Shown here in pieces: positions 24,757 through 32,761 of a stretch of 47,466 nt of DNA. The notes under the pieces are model-generated. The model was not told where the DNA came from. It saw nothing but the letters and a program-made list of their open reading frames with translations, and searched no databases. Source of the DNA: an uncultured Christensenellaceae bacterium (GTDB lineage Bacteria; Bacillota; Clostridia; Christensenellales; CALWSW01); assembly GCA_944384305.1 (NCBI GenBank), contig CALWSW010000002.1:1-47466 (forward strand), in the 5' to 3' direction. Each line of letters begins with the position of its first letter. Position 1 is the first letter of the stretch. The position numbers were made by a program, and so were the translations under genes.

Positions 24757-25275
24757 ATGAAGACCGTGCTGGAGACCGAACGCCTGGCGCTCAGGCGCAT
24801 GACCTGGGAGGACGAGCCCGCGCTTGCCGCCTTTTTGCAGGACCCGCAGGTCATGTACGCCTGGGAACACGGGTTCAGCCAAGAAGAGGTGAAGGAGTGG
24901 ATCGAGGCGAACCTGGCCCGCTACGAGCGCGACGGCCACAGTTACCTGGCGGCGGTGGAAAAAGGGAGCGGCGATGTTGCGGGCGTGTGCGGGCTGATCG
25001 AAGAGACCGCCTGTGGCGCGCAGCGGCTGGGTGTAGGATATATTTTTAACAAAACGTATTGGGGCAGAGGCTACGCCACAGAGTGCGCCCGCGCCTGCGT
25101 GGAACACGCCTTTACGGCGCTCGGCGCAAAGGAGGTGACGGCGCAGATCCGGCCGGAAAACACGCCCTCAAGAAGGGTGGCAGAACGGCTGGGCATGACG
25201 GTGGAGGCGAGCTTTGTAAGAGTTTACCGCGGCAAGGAGATGCCCCACCTTCTTTACGTTCTGCACCGGCCCTGA
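24757..25275 (+). CDS. GNAT-family N-acetyltransferase (RimJ/RimL-like)
   Basis: The track ORF is trimmed to the ATG at 24757, with an AGGAGGA Shine-Dalgarno. The protein begins MKTVLETERLALRRMTWEDEPAL and contains ...GVGYIFNKTYWGRGYATECARACVEHAF. Confidence 0.85.
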   Translation: MKTVLETERLALRRMTWEDEPALAAFLQDPQVMYAWEHGFSQEEVKEWIEANLARYERDGHSYLAAVEKGSGDVAGVCGLIEETACGAQRLGVGYIFNKTYWGRGYATECARACVEHAFTALGAKEVTAQIRPENTPSRRVAERLGMTVEASFVRVYRGKEMPHLLYVLHRP

Positions 25276-25315
25276 AGAGGGTGAAAAAAAGGACGAAAAA
25301 TAGAAGCTTCCCGCC

Positions 25316-25344
25316 TTGCGGCAGGGCAGGTTTTGTGATATGAT
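25316..25344 (+). promoter_or_regulatory. candidate pyr operon promoter
   Basis: TTGCGG (25316-25321), a 17-nt spacer and an extended -10 TGaTATGAT (-10 at 25339-25344). Confidence 0.5.
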
Positions 25345-25364
25345 ACCAACCGATTGAGCTTTTT

Positions 25365-25395
25365 CCTTTAATTCGGTACCGAGATGCCGAAAAGG
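25365..25395 (+). promoter_or_regulatory. PyrR-binding (anti-antiterminator) hairpin
   Basis: The sequence CCUUUAAUUCGGUACCGAGAUGCCGAAAAGG has a CCUUU/AAAGG closing stem and a UUCGG/CCGAA upper stem. The loop ACCGAGAUGCC resembles the UCCAGAGAGGCU PyrR box. It lies in the leader of pyrR. Confidence 0.6.
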
Positions 25396-25408
25396 CAGGG
25401 GCAAAAAG

Positions 25409-25443
25409 ATCCGCGCGAGGGCAACGACCGCGGATGTGTTTTT
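25409..25443 (+). terminator. pyr leader attenuator terminator 1
   Basis: ATCCGCG-cgagggcaacgac-CGCGGAT is followed by gtgTTTTT. Confidence 0.6.
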
Positions 25444-25454
25444 GCGCGAACAGC

Positions 25455-25483
25455 CCGCAGGTCTCTCGGCCTGCGGTTTTTTT
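25455..25483 (+). terminator. pyr leader attenuator terminator 2
   Basis: CCGCAGG-tctctcgg-CCTGCGG is followed by TTTTTTT. Confidence 0.6.
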
Positions 25484-25555
25484 GTGCGCCGCGGGCAGCC
25501 GGAGGGAAAAGCGGCGCAGCGGGCGGCAGCCCGCCCAAAAACCGGAGGAAGTGGA

Positions 25556-26098
25556 ATGCCAGAATACAGGGTCAAGGCCGCGGTCATGGAGCAGGACGCC
25601 ATCGACCGCGCGCTCAGGCGCATGGGGTACGAGATCCTCGAGCGCTGCGGCGGGGTCAGCAGCCTCGTGCTTTTCGGCATCGTGCGGCGGGGGCTGACCA
25701 TCGCCCGCCGCTTGGCAAAAAACATCGGCGCGGCCGAAGGGGTAGAGGTGCCGGTGTACGAATTGGACGTGCGCCCCTACCGGGACGACCTGGCCCCCGG
25801 CACGCGCGGCCGGCCGGCAAAGGACGGTTTGCCCAAGGTCACGGGCTGCACGGCCGTGTTGGTGGACGACGTTATTTTTACCGGCCGCACGGCGCGCGCC
25901 GCCATGGACGCGCTGATCGACCTCGGCCGGCCCGCGTTGGTACAGCTGGCGGTGCTCGTCGACCGCGGCCACAGGGAACTGCCCGTGCGGCCGGACTACG
26001 TGGGCAAGAACATTCCCACCTCTTACGCCGAGCGCGTGGCCGTGCGCCTGTTGGAGACCGACGGCAGGGACGAAGTACAGATACTCGAAAGGGCCTGA
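25556..26098 (+). CDS. pyrR: pyrimidine operon attenuation protein / uracil phosphoribosyltransferase
   Basis: The track ORF is trimmed to the ATG at 25556, with a GGAGGAAG Shine-Dalgarno. The protein contains [20 protein letters not shown] (the PRPP motif) and ...[21 protein letters not shown]. Confidence 0.92.
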   Translation: MPEYRVKAAVMEQDAIDRALRRMGYEILERCGGVSSLVLFGIVRRGLTIARRLAKNIGAAEGVEVPVYELDVRPYRDDLAPGTRGRPAKDGLPKVTGCTAVLVDDVIFTGRTARAAMDALIDLGRPALVQLAVLVDRGHRELPVRPDYVGKNIPTSYAERVAVRLLETDGRDEVQILERA

Positions 26099-26117
26099 TC
26101 TGCGCTGGCAGAAAAGA

Positions 26118-26155
26118 CCTTTGGAATTTTACGACCGAGCTAGATGCGCTAAAGG
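26118..26155 (+). promoter_or_regulatory. possible second PyrR-type hairpin overlapping the pyrB Shine-Dalgarno
   Basis: The sequence is CCUUUGGaauuuuacgACCGAGcuagAUGCGCUAAAGG. It has the same CCUUU...AAAGG closure and ACCGAG..AUGC core as the leader site. Its 3' arm AAAGG is part of the pyrB SD (AAAGGAGAG). Confidence 0.35.
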
Positions 26156-26163
26156 AGAGCTAG

Positions 26164-27090
26164 ATGCAGTTTCAACACAAGAACCTCCTGGGCTTGCAGG
26201 GCCTTACCAAGGAGGAGATTACAGGCATTTTGGACGTTGCCGAGACCATGCTGCCCGTGGTGGAGAGCAAGGATAAGCGCCTGCCCCTGCTGCAGGGCAA
26301 AACGGTGGTCACGCTGTTTTACGAAAACAGCACCCGCACCCGCACGTCCTTTGAGCTGGCGGCGAAGTATTTGGGCGCGACGGTCTCCAACATCGTGGCC
26401 TCGACCTCGAGCGTGCAAAAGGGCGAATCCTTAAAGGACACCGGCAAGACCCTGGACCAAATGGGCACCGATGCCATCGTCATCCGCCACCCCATGAGCG
26501 GCGCGGCACACAAGCTTGCCGAATACGTGAACGCCAGCGTTTTGAACGCCGGTGACGGCCTGAACGAGCACCCCACCCAGGCGCTGTTGGACATGCTCGC
26601 CATGCGCACCCGCTTCGGGCGCATCGAGGGGCTGAAGGTGGCCATTGTGGGCGACGTGCTGCACAGCCGCGTGGCGCGCTCCAATCTGTGGGGCCTTACC
26701 ACCATGGGCGCTTCGGTGACCTTTGCCGGCCCCACCACGCTTTTGCCCGAGGCCTTTCAAAAGTACGGCGCTACCGTTACCAACGATGTGCGCGAAGCCG
26801 TGACGGGCGCCGACGTCGTCATGGCGCTGCGCATCCAGCGCGAGCGGCAGAAGGCCGGGCTCATCCCCTCGGTGGGGGAATACGCCCGCTTCTTCGGCAT
26901 CAACGAAGAGGTGCTCAAGCTCGCCAAGCCGGGCTGCGTCGTGATGCACCCCGGCCCCATGAACCGCAACGTAGAAATCGACAACGCCACCGCCGATGCC
27001 TCGCACTCCCTGGTGGAGCGTCAGGTGCACTGCGGCGTGGCCGTTCGCATGGCTGTTTTGAGTCTGCTCGTGGGAGGTAACAGCAAATGA
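26164..27090 (+). CDS. pyrB: aspartate carbamoyltransferase catalytic subunit
   Basis: The protein contains FYENSTRTRTSFELAAKYLG, IVIRHP and HPTQALLDM. Confidence 0.95.
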   Translation: MQFQHKNLLGLQGLTKEEITGILDVAETMLPVVESKDKRLPLLQGKTVVTLFYENSTRTRTSFELAAKYLGATVSNIVASTSSVQKGESLKDTGKTLDQMGTDAIVIRHPMSGAAHKLAEYVNASVLNAGDGLNEHPTQALLDMLAMRTRFGRIEGLKVAIVGDVLHSRVARSNLWGLTTMGASVTFAGPTTLLPEAFQKYGATVTNDVREAVTGADVVMALRIQRERQKAGLIPSVGEYARFFGINEEVLKLAKPGCVVMHPGPMNRNVEIDNATADASHSLVERQVHCGVAVRMAVLSLLVGGNSK

Positions 27091-28364
27091 AGACCCTCAT
27101 CAAAAACGGTACGCTCGTCAACCCCCGCGGCAAAAGCGGGGAATGGGACGTCCTTTTGGAAGACGGCGTGGTCAAGGCCCTTTTGCCGCGCGGCAGCGAA
27201 GCCGAAGCCGGCGAAGTGGTGGACGCGCGCGGCCTGCACGTGATGCCGGGGTTCATCGATATGCACGTGCACCTGCGCGAGCCCGGGTTCGAGTATAAGG
27301 AAGACATCGCTTCCGGCACCTTGGCCGCCGCGCACGGCGGCTTTACCGCCGTGGCCTGCATGCCCAACACCAGTCCCGTCAACGACAACAAGGTGGTCAC
27401 CCGGTACATCTTGGACCGCGCCAAAGAGGCGGGGCACGCGCGGGTGTACCCCATTGCAGCGGTTACCAAAGGGCTTTTGGGCGAAGAGATGACCCCCATG
27501 GGCGGGCTGCTTGCCGCCGGCGCCGTGGCGTTTTCGGACGACGGCCGGCCGGTGGAGAGCGCGCAGCGCATGAGATTGGCCCTGGAATACGCCAAAAACT
27601 TTGGCGCGCTCATCATTTCGCACTGCGAGGATCTTTCCATGGCCGGCGAGGGCGCCATGAACGAGGGCGAGGTCTCGGCCATTCTCGGCATCAAGGGCAT
27701 CAGCCGCGCGGCAGAAGAGGTCATGCTCGCGCGCGAGCTCATTCTGGCTGAAGCTTTGGACTGCAGGGTGCACATCGCCCACATTTCCACCGCGCTGGGC
27801 GTGGAGCTCTTGCGCCAGGCCAAGGCCCGGGGCGTCAAAGCCACGGGCGAGACCTGCCCGCACTACTTCAGCGCGACCGACGAGTGGTGTAAGGGCTACG
27901 ACGCCAACGCCAAGATGAACCCGCCGCTGCGCACCGCGCGCGACGTGGAGGCCATCAAACAGGGCCTGGCCGACGGCACCTTAGACTGCATCGTCACCGA
28001 CCATGCCCCCCACGCCGCGTGGGAAAAGGAGAGCGGCTTCCTCACCGCGCCCAACGGCATCATCGGGCTGGAGACGGCCTATTCGCTGGGCATCACCAAT
28101 TTGGTGGAACCCGGCGTGCTCACCTACGGGCAGCTGGTGGAGCACATGTCCTGCCGGCCGGCCGAGGTGCTGGGCGTGCCGGGTGGCGTCATCGAAGAGG
28201 GCGCGGCGGCCGACATCACGCTGGCCGACCCCAAGGCCAGCGTGGTCTACACGCAGGCAAACAACCATTCCAAGAGCGCGAACTCGCCCTTTTTCGGCAA
28301 GCGCCTGAAGGGCCGGGTGGTGCGCACCATTCTGGGCGGCAAAATGACCGCCCAAAACCTGTGA
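27087..28364 (+). CDS. pyrC: dihydroorotase
   Basis: The protein contains PGFIDMHVHLREPGFEYKEDIASGT and ...DCIVTDHAPH. The start overlaps the pyrB stop as ATGA. Confidence 0.95.
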   Translation: MKTLIKNGTLVNPRGKSGEWDVLLEDGVVKALLPRGSEAEAGEVVDARGLHVMPGFIDMHVHLREPGFEYKEDIASGTLAAAHGGFTAVACMPNTSPVNDNKVVTRYILDRAKEAGHARVYPIAAVTKGLLGEEMTPMGGLLAAGAVAFSDDGRPVESAQRMRLALEYAKNFGALIISHCEDLSMAGEGAMNEGEVSAILGIKGISRAAEEVMLARELILAEALDCRVHIAHISTALGVELLRQAKARGVKATGETCPHYFSATDEWCKGYDANAKMNPPLRTARDVEAIKQGLADGTLDCIVTDHAPHAAWEKESGFLTAPNGIIGLETAYSLGITNLVEPGVLTYGQLVEHMSCRPAEVLGVPGGVIEEGAAADITLADPKASVVYTQANNHSKSANSPFFGKRLKGRVVRTILGGKMTAQNL

Positions 28365-28379
28365 GCGGAGGGCAAAGGC

Positions 28380-29306
28380 ATGAAGCACAGCGTGGATCTT
28401 TTGACCGAGGCGGTCGTGCGCACCCAAAACCCCACCTGCATGGGGCTGGACACCCGCGTGGAGTACTTTCCCGAAGGGTTCTTCGCGAGCGAAAAAGAGG
28501 ATGCGGCCTGGCTGGAAGAGGCGAGCGAGGCTATCTTCCAGTACAACAAGGCGCTCATTGACGGGCTTTGCGACATTCTTCCCGCCGTCAAGGTACAGGT
28601 GGCTTTTTACGAAATGTACGGCCTGCCCGGGATGCGGGCCTTCCTTCGGACCATGCAGTACGCCAAGCGGTGCGGACTGATGGTCATTGCCGACGTCAAG
28701 CGGGGCGACATTGGCTCTACCGCCGAAGCCTACGCCAACGCCTTCCTTGCGGGCGCGCCGGCAGGCAAGGGGCGCGTGAGCGCCTTTGAGACCGATTTTG
28801 TGACCGTCAACCCCTACTTGGGCACCGACGGCATCAAGCCCTTTACCGACGCCTGCCGGGAGCACGGCAAGGGCATTTTTGTGCTGGTAAAAACCAGCAA
28901 CCCTTCCGGCGGGGAGCTGCAGGACCTTGTGTGCGGCGGCAAACCCCTGTACGAGCACGTCGCCGCCCTGGTGGACGGCTGGGGCGCAGGGCAGGTAGGG
29001 GAGAGCGGCTACAGCGCCGTGGGCGCGGTGGTGGGCGCCACCTACCCCGAACAGGGCGCTGCGCTGCGCAAGCTGCTGCCCCACACCTACTTTTTGGTAC
29101 CGGGCTACGGCGCGCAGGGCGGCTCGGGCGCGTCGCTCGCCGGCACGTTCGGCAAAAAGGGGGGCGGCGCCATCGTCAACGCCTCGCGCTCGCTGCTGTG
29201 CGCCCACAAGAAGCAGCCGGGCACGCACTTTGTGGACGCGGCCCGCAGCGAAGCGCTGCGCATGAAGGCCGACCTGCTTTCGGCCGTGGGCGGCAGCATC
29301 GGCTGA
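28380..29306 (+). CDS. pyrF: orotidine 5'-phosphate decarboxylase (long, type-2 form)
   Basis: The 308-aa protein contains CMGLDTRVEYFP and VIADVKRGDIGSTAEAYANAF. Confidence 0.9.
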   Translation: MKHSVDLLTEAVVRTQNPTCMGLDTRVEYFPEGFFASEKEDAAWLEEASEAIFQYNKALIDGLCDILPAVKVQVAFYEMYGLPGMRAFLRTMQYAKRCGLMVIADVKRGDIGSTAEAYANAFLAGAPAGKGRVSAFETDFVTVNPYLGTDGIKPFTDACREHGKGIFVLVKTSNPSGGELQDLVCGGKPLYEHVAALVDGWGAGQVGESGYSAVGAVVGATYPEQGAALRKLLPHTYFLVPGYGAQGGSGASLAGTFGKKGGGAIVNASRSLLCAHKKQPGTHFVDAARSEALRMKADLLSAVGGSIG

Positions 29307-29362
29307 GCTTTGCCCGGCGGCACCAAACAATCGAAATCCTTACCAAAGAGGTCCTTTAGGAA

Positions 29363-30139
29363 ATGAACGATCATACCATGCGCACCGCGCTCAACTACCC
29401 CGTCGCGCGGGATACCTACAAGCTGGTGTTGAAGGGCGCGCGGGAATTTGCGGCCGAGGCCGAAGCGGGCTGTTTTGCGCATATCCGCATCCCCCGCGTG
29501 CTGGCCAGGCGGCCCATCAGCATTGCAGACGCCGACCCCACAGACGGCACCTTGACCCTGATCTACGCCGTAAAGGGCGAGGGTACCCGCGCCATGTCCG
29601 AACTGCTGGTCGGGCAGGAGGTGCTGGCCCTGGGCCCCTTGGGCAAGGGCTTCCCCGTCAAGGACTACGCGGGAAAGACCGTGTGGCTCCTGGGCGGCGG
29701 GCTGGGGGTGGCGCCCCTGCTCTTTACCGCGCGCAAGCTCTACGAATCCGGCGCTTCGGTGCGGGCCTACATCGGCTTTAAAAACAGCCATTATGTTTAC
29801 GGCACGGCCGAGCTGGGCCGCTACGCAGATGTGCGCTCCTACACCGACGACGGCTCGTTCGGCATCGCCGGCTTTGCCGTAAAGGGAATGCTGGGCGACC
29901 TTGCCGCCGCCCGGCCGCACGCCGTGTTCGCCTGCGGCCCCAAGCCCATGTACCAGGCGCTTGCGGCGGGCATGCCGCAGAGCATCCCCTGCTATATTTC
30001 GCTTGAGGAACGCATGGGCTGCGGCCTGGGCGCCTGCCTGGGCTGCGCCTGCGAGATCCGCGGGGAGGACGGCGGGGTGCACATCAAGCGGGTGTGCGCC
30101 GACGGCCCGGTCTTTTCGCTTCGGGAGGTGGTGCTGTGA
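29363..30139 (+). CDS. pyrK: dihydroorotate dehydrogenase B electron-transfer (FAD/2Fe-2S) subunit
   Basis: The protein contains RPISIADAD, a GGGLGVAPL NAD/FAD fold and the C-terminal cluster motif MGCGLGACLGCAC...VCADGP. Confidence 0.9.
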   Translation: MNDHTMRTALNYPVARDTYKLVLKGAREFAAEAEAGCFAHIRIPRVLARRPISIADADPTDGTLTLIYAVKGEGTRAMSELLVGQEVLALGPLGKGFPVKDYAGKTVWLLGGGLGVAPLLFTARKLYESGASVRAYIGFKNSHYVYGTAELGRYADVRSYTDDGSFGIAGFAVKGMLGDLAAARPHAVFACGPKPMYQALAAGMPQSIPCYISLEERMGCGLGACLGCACEIRGEDGGVHIKRVCADGPVFSLREVVL

Positions 30140-31056
30140 TGGATCATGCGGATCTTTCGGTCGAACTGTGCGGACTGCACCTGAAAAACCCCGTCATTGC
30201 CGCGAGCGGCACGTTCGGGTTCGGCGCAGAGTACGCCAAGCTCTACGACCTTTCCATTCTGGGTGGCATTTCCTGCAAAGGGCTGACCCTGGCCCCGCGC
30301 GAGGGCAATCCCCCCACCCGGCTCACCGGCACGGCGTACGGCATGCTCAACGCTGTGGGGCTGCAAAACCCCGGCATTGAGGTCTTTTTGCAGGACGTGC
30401 TGCCCGTGATGAAGACCTACGGCACGGCGATCATCGCCAACGTGGCCGGCAGCTCTGTGGAGGATTACGCCGAGATCACGGCAAAGCTCGCCGGTTCGGG
30501 TGTGGACATGATCGAGCTGAACATCTCCTGCCCCAACGTACACGCCGGCGGCGTGCCCTTTGGCACTGACCCCGCCGTCATCGAAGAGGTCACAAGGCGC
30601 GCCAGGCAAAACGCCGGTGTGCCGCTGATGGTCAAACTCACCCCCAACGTCACCTCCATTGCCGACTGCGCCAAAGCGGCCGAGCAGGGTGGGGCAGACG
30701 CCGTTTCGCTCATCAACACCTTCACGGGCATGGCCATCGACCCCGTCACCCGGCGCATGGTCATCAAAAACAAAACGGCGGGCTATTCCGGCCCGGCCGT
30801 CAAGCCTCTGGCGGTGCGCATGGTGTACCAGGCCGCGCGGGCGGTCGGCATCCCCGTGGTGGGCATGGGCGGCATCATGACCCCTGCCGACGTGGTGGAA
30901 TTCATGCTCGCCGGCGCAACGGCCGTTATGGTCGGCACGGCCAACCTGCTCGACCCCTTCGCCCTGCCCATCATCATCGACGGCCTGCAGCGCTTCTGCG
31001 TGGAAAACGGGATCGAGACCCTCCGTTCCCTCACCGGCGCGGTCCGCGAGGACTGA
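30139..31056 (+). CDS. pyrD: dihydroorotate dehydrogenase B catalytic subunit
   Basis: The track ORF is trimmed to the ATG at 30139, which overlaps the pyrK TGA. The protein contains LKNPVIAASGTFGFG, ELNISCPNV, LINTF and GGIMTPADVVEFMLAGATAV. Confidence 0.93.
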   Translation: MDHADLSVELCGLHLKNPVIAASGTFGFGAEYAKLYDLSILGGISCKGLTLAPREGNPPTRLTGTAYGMLNAVGLQNPGIEVFLQDVLPVMKTYGTAIIANVAGSSVEDYAEITAKLAGSGVDMIELNISCPNVHAGGVPFGTDPAVIEEVTRRARQNAGVPLMVKLTPNVTSIADCAKAAEQGGADAVSLINTFTGMAIDPVTRRMVIKNKTAGYSGPAVKPLAVRMVYQAARAVGIPVVGMGGIMTPADVVEFMLAGATAVMVGTANLLDPFALPIIIDGLQRFCVENGIETLRSLTGAVRED

Positions 31057-31107
31057 GCGGCGGCACTGCCCAACCCTACAAGCACCAATGATCAAAAGGA
31101 GTCTGCC

Positions 31108-31689
31108 ATGCTTTCCAAAGAACGCATCATCGAGATCTTCAAAGAGACCGGCGTCATGCTCACCGGCCATTTCCAGCTCACCAGCGGCCGCCACAGCGAC
31201 CACTACATGCAGTGCGCCCAGCTCTTTCAGTACCCCGAGTACAGCGAAATGATGTGCGCCGAGCTCGCCGAGTACTTCCGCAACGAAAGGATCGACCTGG
31301 TGGCTGGCCCGGCGGTGGGCGGCATCATCATCGCCTACGAGACCGCGCGCGCCCTGAAGGTGCGCAACATCTTTGCCGAGCGCCAAAACGGCGTCATGAC
31401 CTTCCGGCGCGGCTTTGCCGTGCAGCCTGGCGAGCGCGTGCTGGTGACCGAGGACGTGGTGACCACCGGCGGCAGTGTGCGCGAGGTCATCGAGCTGGTG
31501 CGCGCCGCCGGCGGCGAGGTGGTGGGCGTTGGCTCCATCGTCGACCGCTCCAACGGCCAGGTGGACTTCGGCGTGCCCTTTAAGGCCGTGCTCTCTATGG
31601 AAGTGCTTTCCTGGGAGCCCGAGGACTGCCCGCTGTGCAAACAGGGCTCGGTGGCGGTAAAGCCCGGCAGCCGCAATTTGAACAAGTAA
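31108..31689 (+). CDS. pyrE: orotate phosphoribosyltransferase
   Basis: The protein contains GHFQLTSGRHSDHYMQCAQLF and VLVTEDVVTTGGSVREV (the PRPP motif). Confidence 0.93.
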   Translation: MLSKERIIEIFKETGVMLTGHFQLTSGRHSDHYMQCAQLFQYPEYSEMMCAELAEYFRNERIDLVAGPAVGGIIIAYETARALKVRNIFAERQNGVMTFRRGFAVQPGERVLVTEDVVTTGGSVREVIELVRAAGGEVVGVGSIVDRSNGQVDFGVPFKAVLSMEVLSWEPEDCPLCKQGSVAVKPGSRNLNK

Positions 31690-31707
31690 CTTGAAAAAAG
31701 AAAAATT

Positions 31708-31776
31708 CACAAAACGCCCTTCCCGGCCAGCGGTTTGGCCTGAAAGGGCGTTTTGTGCAATCTGACGCTTTTTTAT
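31708..31776 (+). terminator. pyr operon terminator (long compound hairpin)
   Basis: CACAAAACGCCCTT...(inner GGCCA/TGGCC stem)...AAGGGCGTTTTGTG forms the hairpin. A T-run (cttttttatttt) follows about 10 nt downstream. Confidence 0.55.
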
Positions 31777-31897
31777 TTTAATTCTATGGCTGATAGAGCA
31801 ATGCAGCAACAAAACAGGTTCTTGATAGAATGATGTGCCGACGATAGGATCGAAATGGAAATTTATCGGATTTCTGCAAAAAACGGAGGAAATCGCC

Positions 31898-31954
31898 ATG
31901 ACTTCAAATGAACAGCTGGCAAAAACGTCTAAGAGAAGGCTGACCACAGAATAA
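31898..31954 (+). pseudogene. 18-codon ORF with a consensus SD; likely the N-terminal stub of a decayed gene
   Basis: GGAGGA sits 7 nt before the ATG, giving MTSNEQLAKTSKRRLTTE*. The same frame continues past the stop as KHMLTQLSGVFYSFFGWQGVF*. Confidence 0.3.
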
Positions 31955-32175
31955 AAGCATATGCTTACCCAGCTTTCGGGGGTATTTTACAGCTTTTTTG
32001 GTTGGCAGGGAGTATTTTGATTTGATGGTCCCTAAAACCACTAATTTGGCAAGTATTGATTCGACAACGATGCACCTGTTTTTTGCTACTATAGCCCTAT
32101 AGCCGAACAAGAAGAATTATTATTATGTTTGAATAAAATGCTGCTGTCATCAGAGAAATAGTTGACAAAAACAAG

Positions 32176-32204
32176 TTGTTTTGATTGAGTCGGAATCCTA
32201 TAAA
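32176..32204 (+). promoter_or_regulatory. candidate promoter of the islet ORF
   Basis: TTGTTT (32176-32181), a 17-nt spacer and TATAAA (32199-32204). A consensus TTGACA at 32162-32167 lacks a matching -10. Confidence 0.35.
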
Positions 32205-32233
32205 TCTCCTTTAATTTATTTATGAGATAGTGA

Positions 32234-32761
32234 TTGGTGAAAGGCGGGTGTACTGATGTGAGTGGAAAGATTTTTTATTCCTTGCTTTGGATGATTTTAG
32301 GCGGCTTGGTAGTATTGGTAATCATTGCATTGTTTTTCCAGAAAGGTTCTAAACCAGACTGGAATATGGTCGCAGCTCTAGCTGCTATTATCGGTGTTGT
32401 TTGTAGCGCCATTACTTACTTGGCTTCTGCGAATCGAGCAAGAAAAATCGAGACATTAAAAGAGTTCAGTATCATAAGAGAAAAATATCCCAATATAAAC
32501 CCCGAAGCGAAAAATCCAGTTAGCGAAGAAAAGCGTGATGAGTATTTGAAGAGCATGGAGAAATTTTGTACCGGAATTAATATGGGCGTATATGATATCG
32601 ATGTTCTTAGAGAAACGGCAAAATCTTTTCTTCTTACCCAGTATGATAATTATGTGAAAGATATCATTTTAAGAAAACGTAAACAGTCAAAAAATGCCAC
32701 GCCAGAGAATCTCTATTGCCAATATGAAAAAGTAATCAATCATTTAATGGAGAGAGGGTAG
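32234..32761 (+). CDS. orphan small membrane protein (2 N-terminal TM helices plus ~110-aa charged helical domain)
   Basis: This is the only intact ORF in the islet and is about 35% GC. The TM helices are IFYSLLWMILGGLVVLVIIALFF and MVAALAAIIGVVCSAITYLAS. They are followed by ANRARKIETLKEFSIIREKYP...YLKSMEKFCTGINMGVYDIDVLRE...YCQYEKVINHLMERG. The start is ambiguous: TTG 32234, GTG 32237 or GTG 32258. I suspect DUF4760-type similarity from memory only. Confidence 0.7.
   Translation: MVKGGCTDVSGKIFYSLLWMILGGLVVLVIIALFFQKGSKPDWNMVAALAAIIGVVCSAITYLASANRARKIETLKEFSIIREKYPNINPEAKNPVSEEKRDEYLKSMEKFCTGINMGVYDIDVLRETAKSFLLTQYDNYVKDIILRKRKQSKNATPENLYCQYEKVINHLMERG

Noticed and set aside
29992-31947. 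A 651-aa minus-strand ORF spanning pyrK, pyrD, pyrE and the start of the AT-rich islet.
   Set aside because: It lies antisense to three well-supported pyr genes and has a low-complexity G/A/R/H composition. Its length is a by-product of stop-codon depletion in GC-rich antisense frames.
31898-31954. The idea that the stub ORF is an IS3-family OrfA N-terminus, implying an IS remnant.
   Set aside because: The similarity is limited to a KRR.T.E pattern. No inverted repeats, frameshift site or rve-like sequence could be found nearby, so it is noted only as speculation.
31904-32110. A 68-aa minus-strand ORF in the left part of the islet.
   Set aside because: There is no RBS and no recognisable motif, and it overlaps the strong-SD stub ORF on the other strand. 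It is kept only as a possible remnant.
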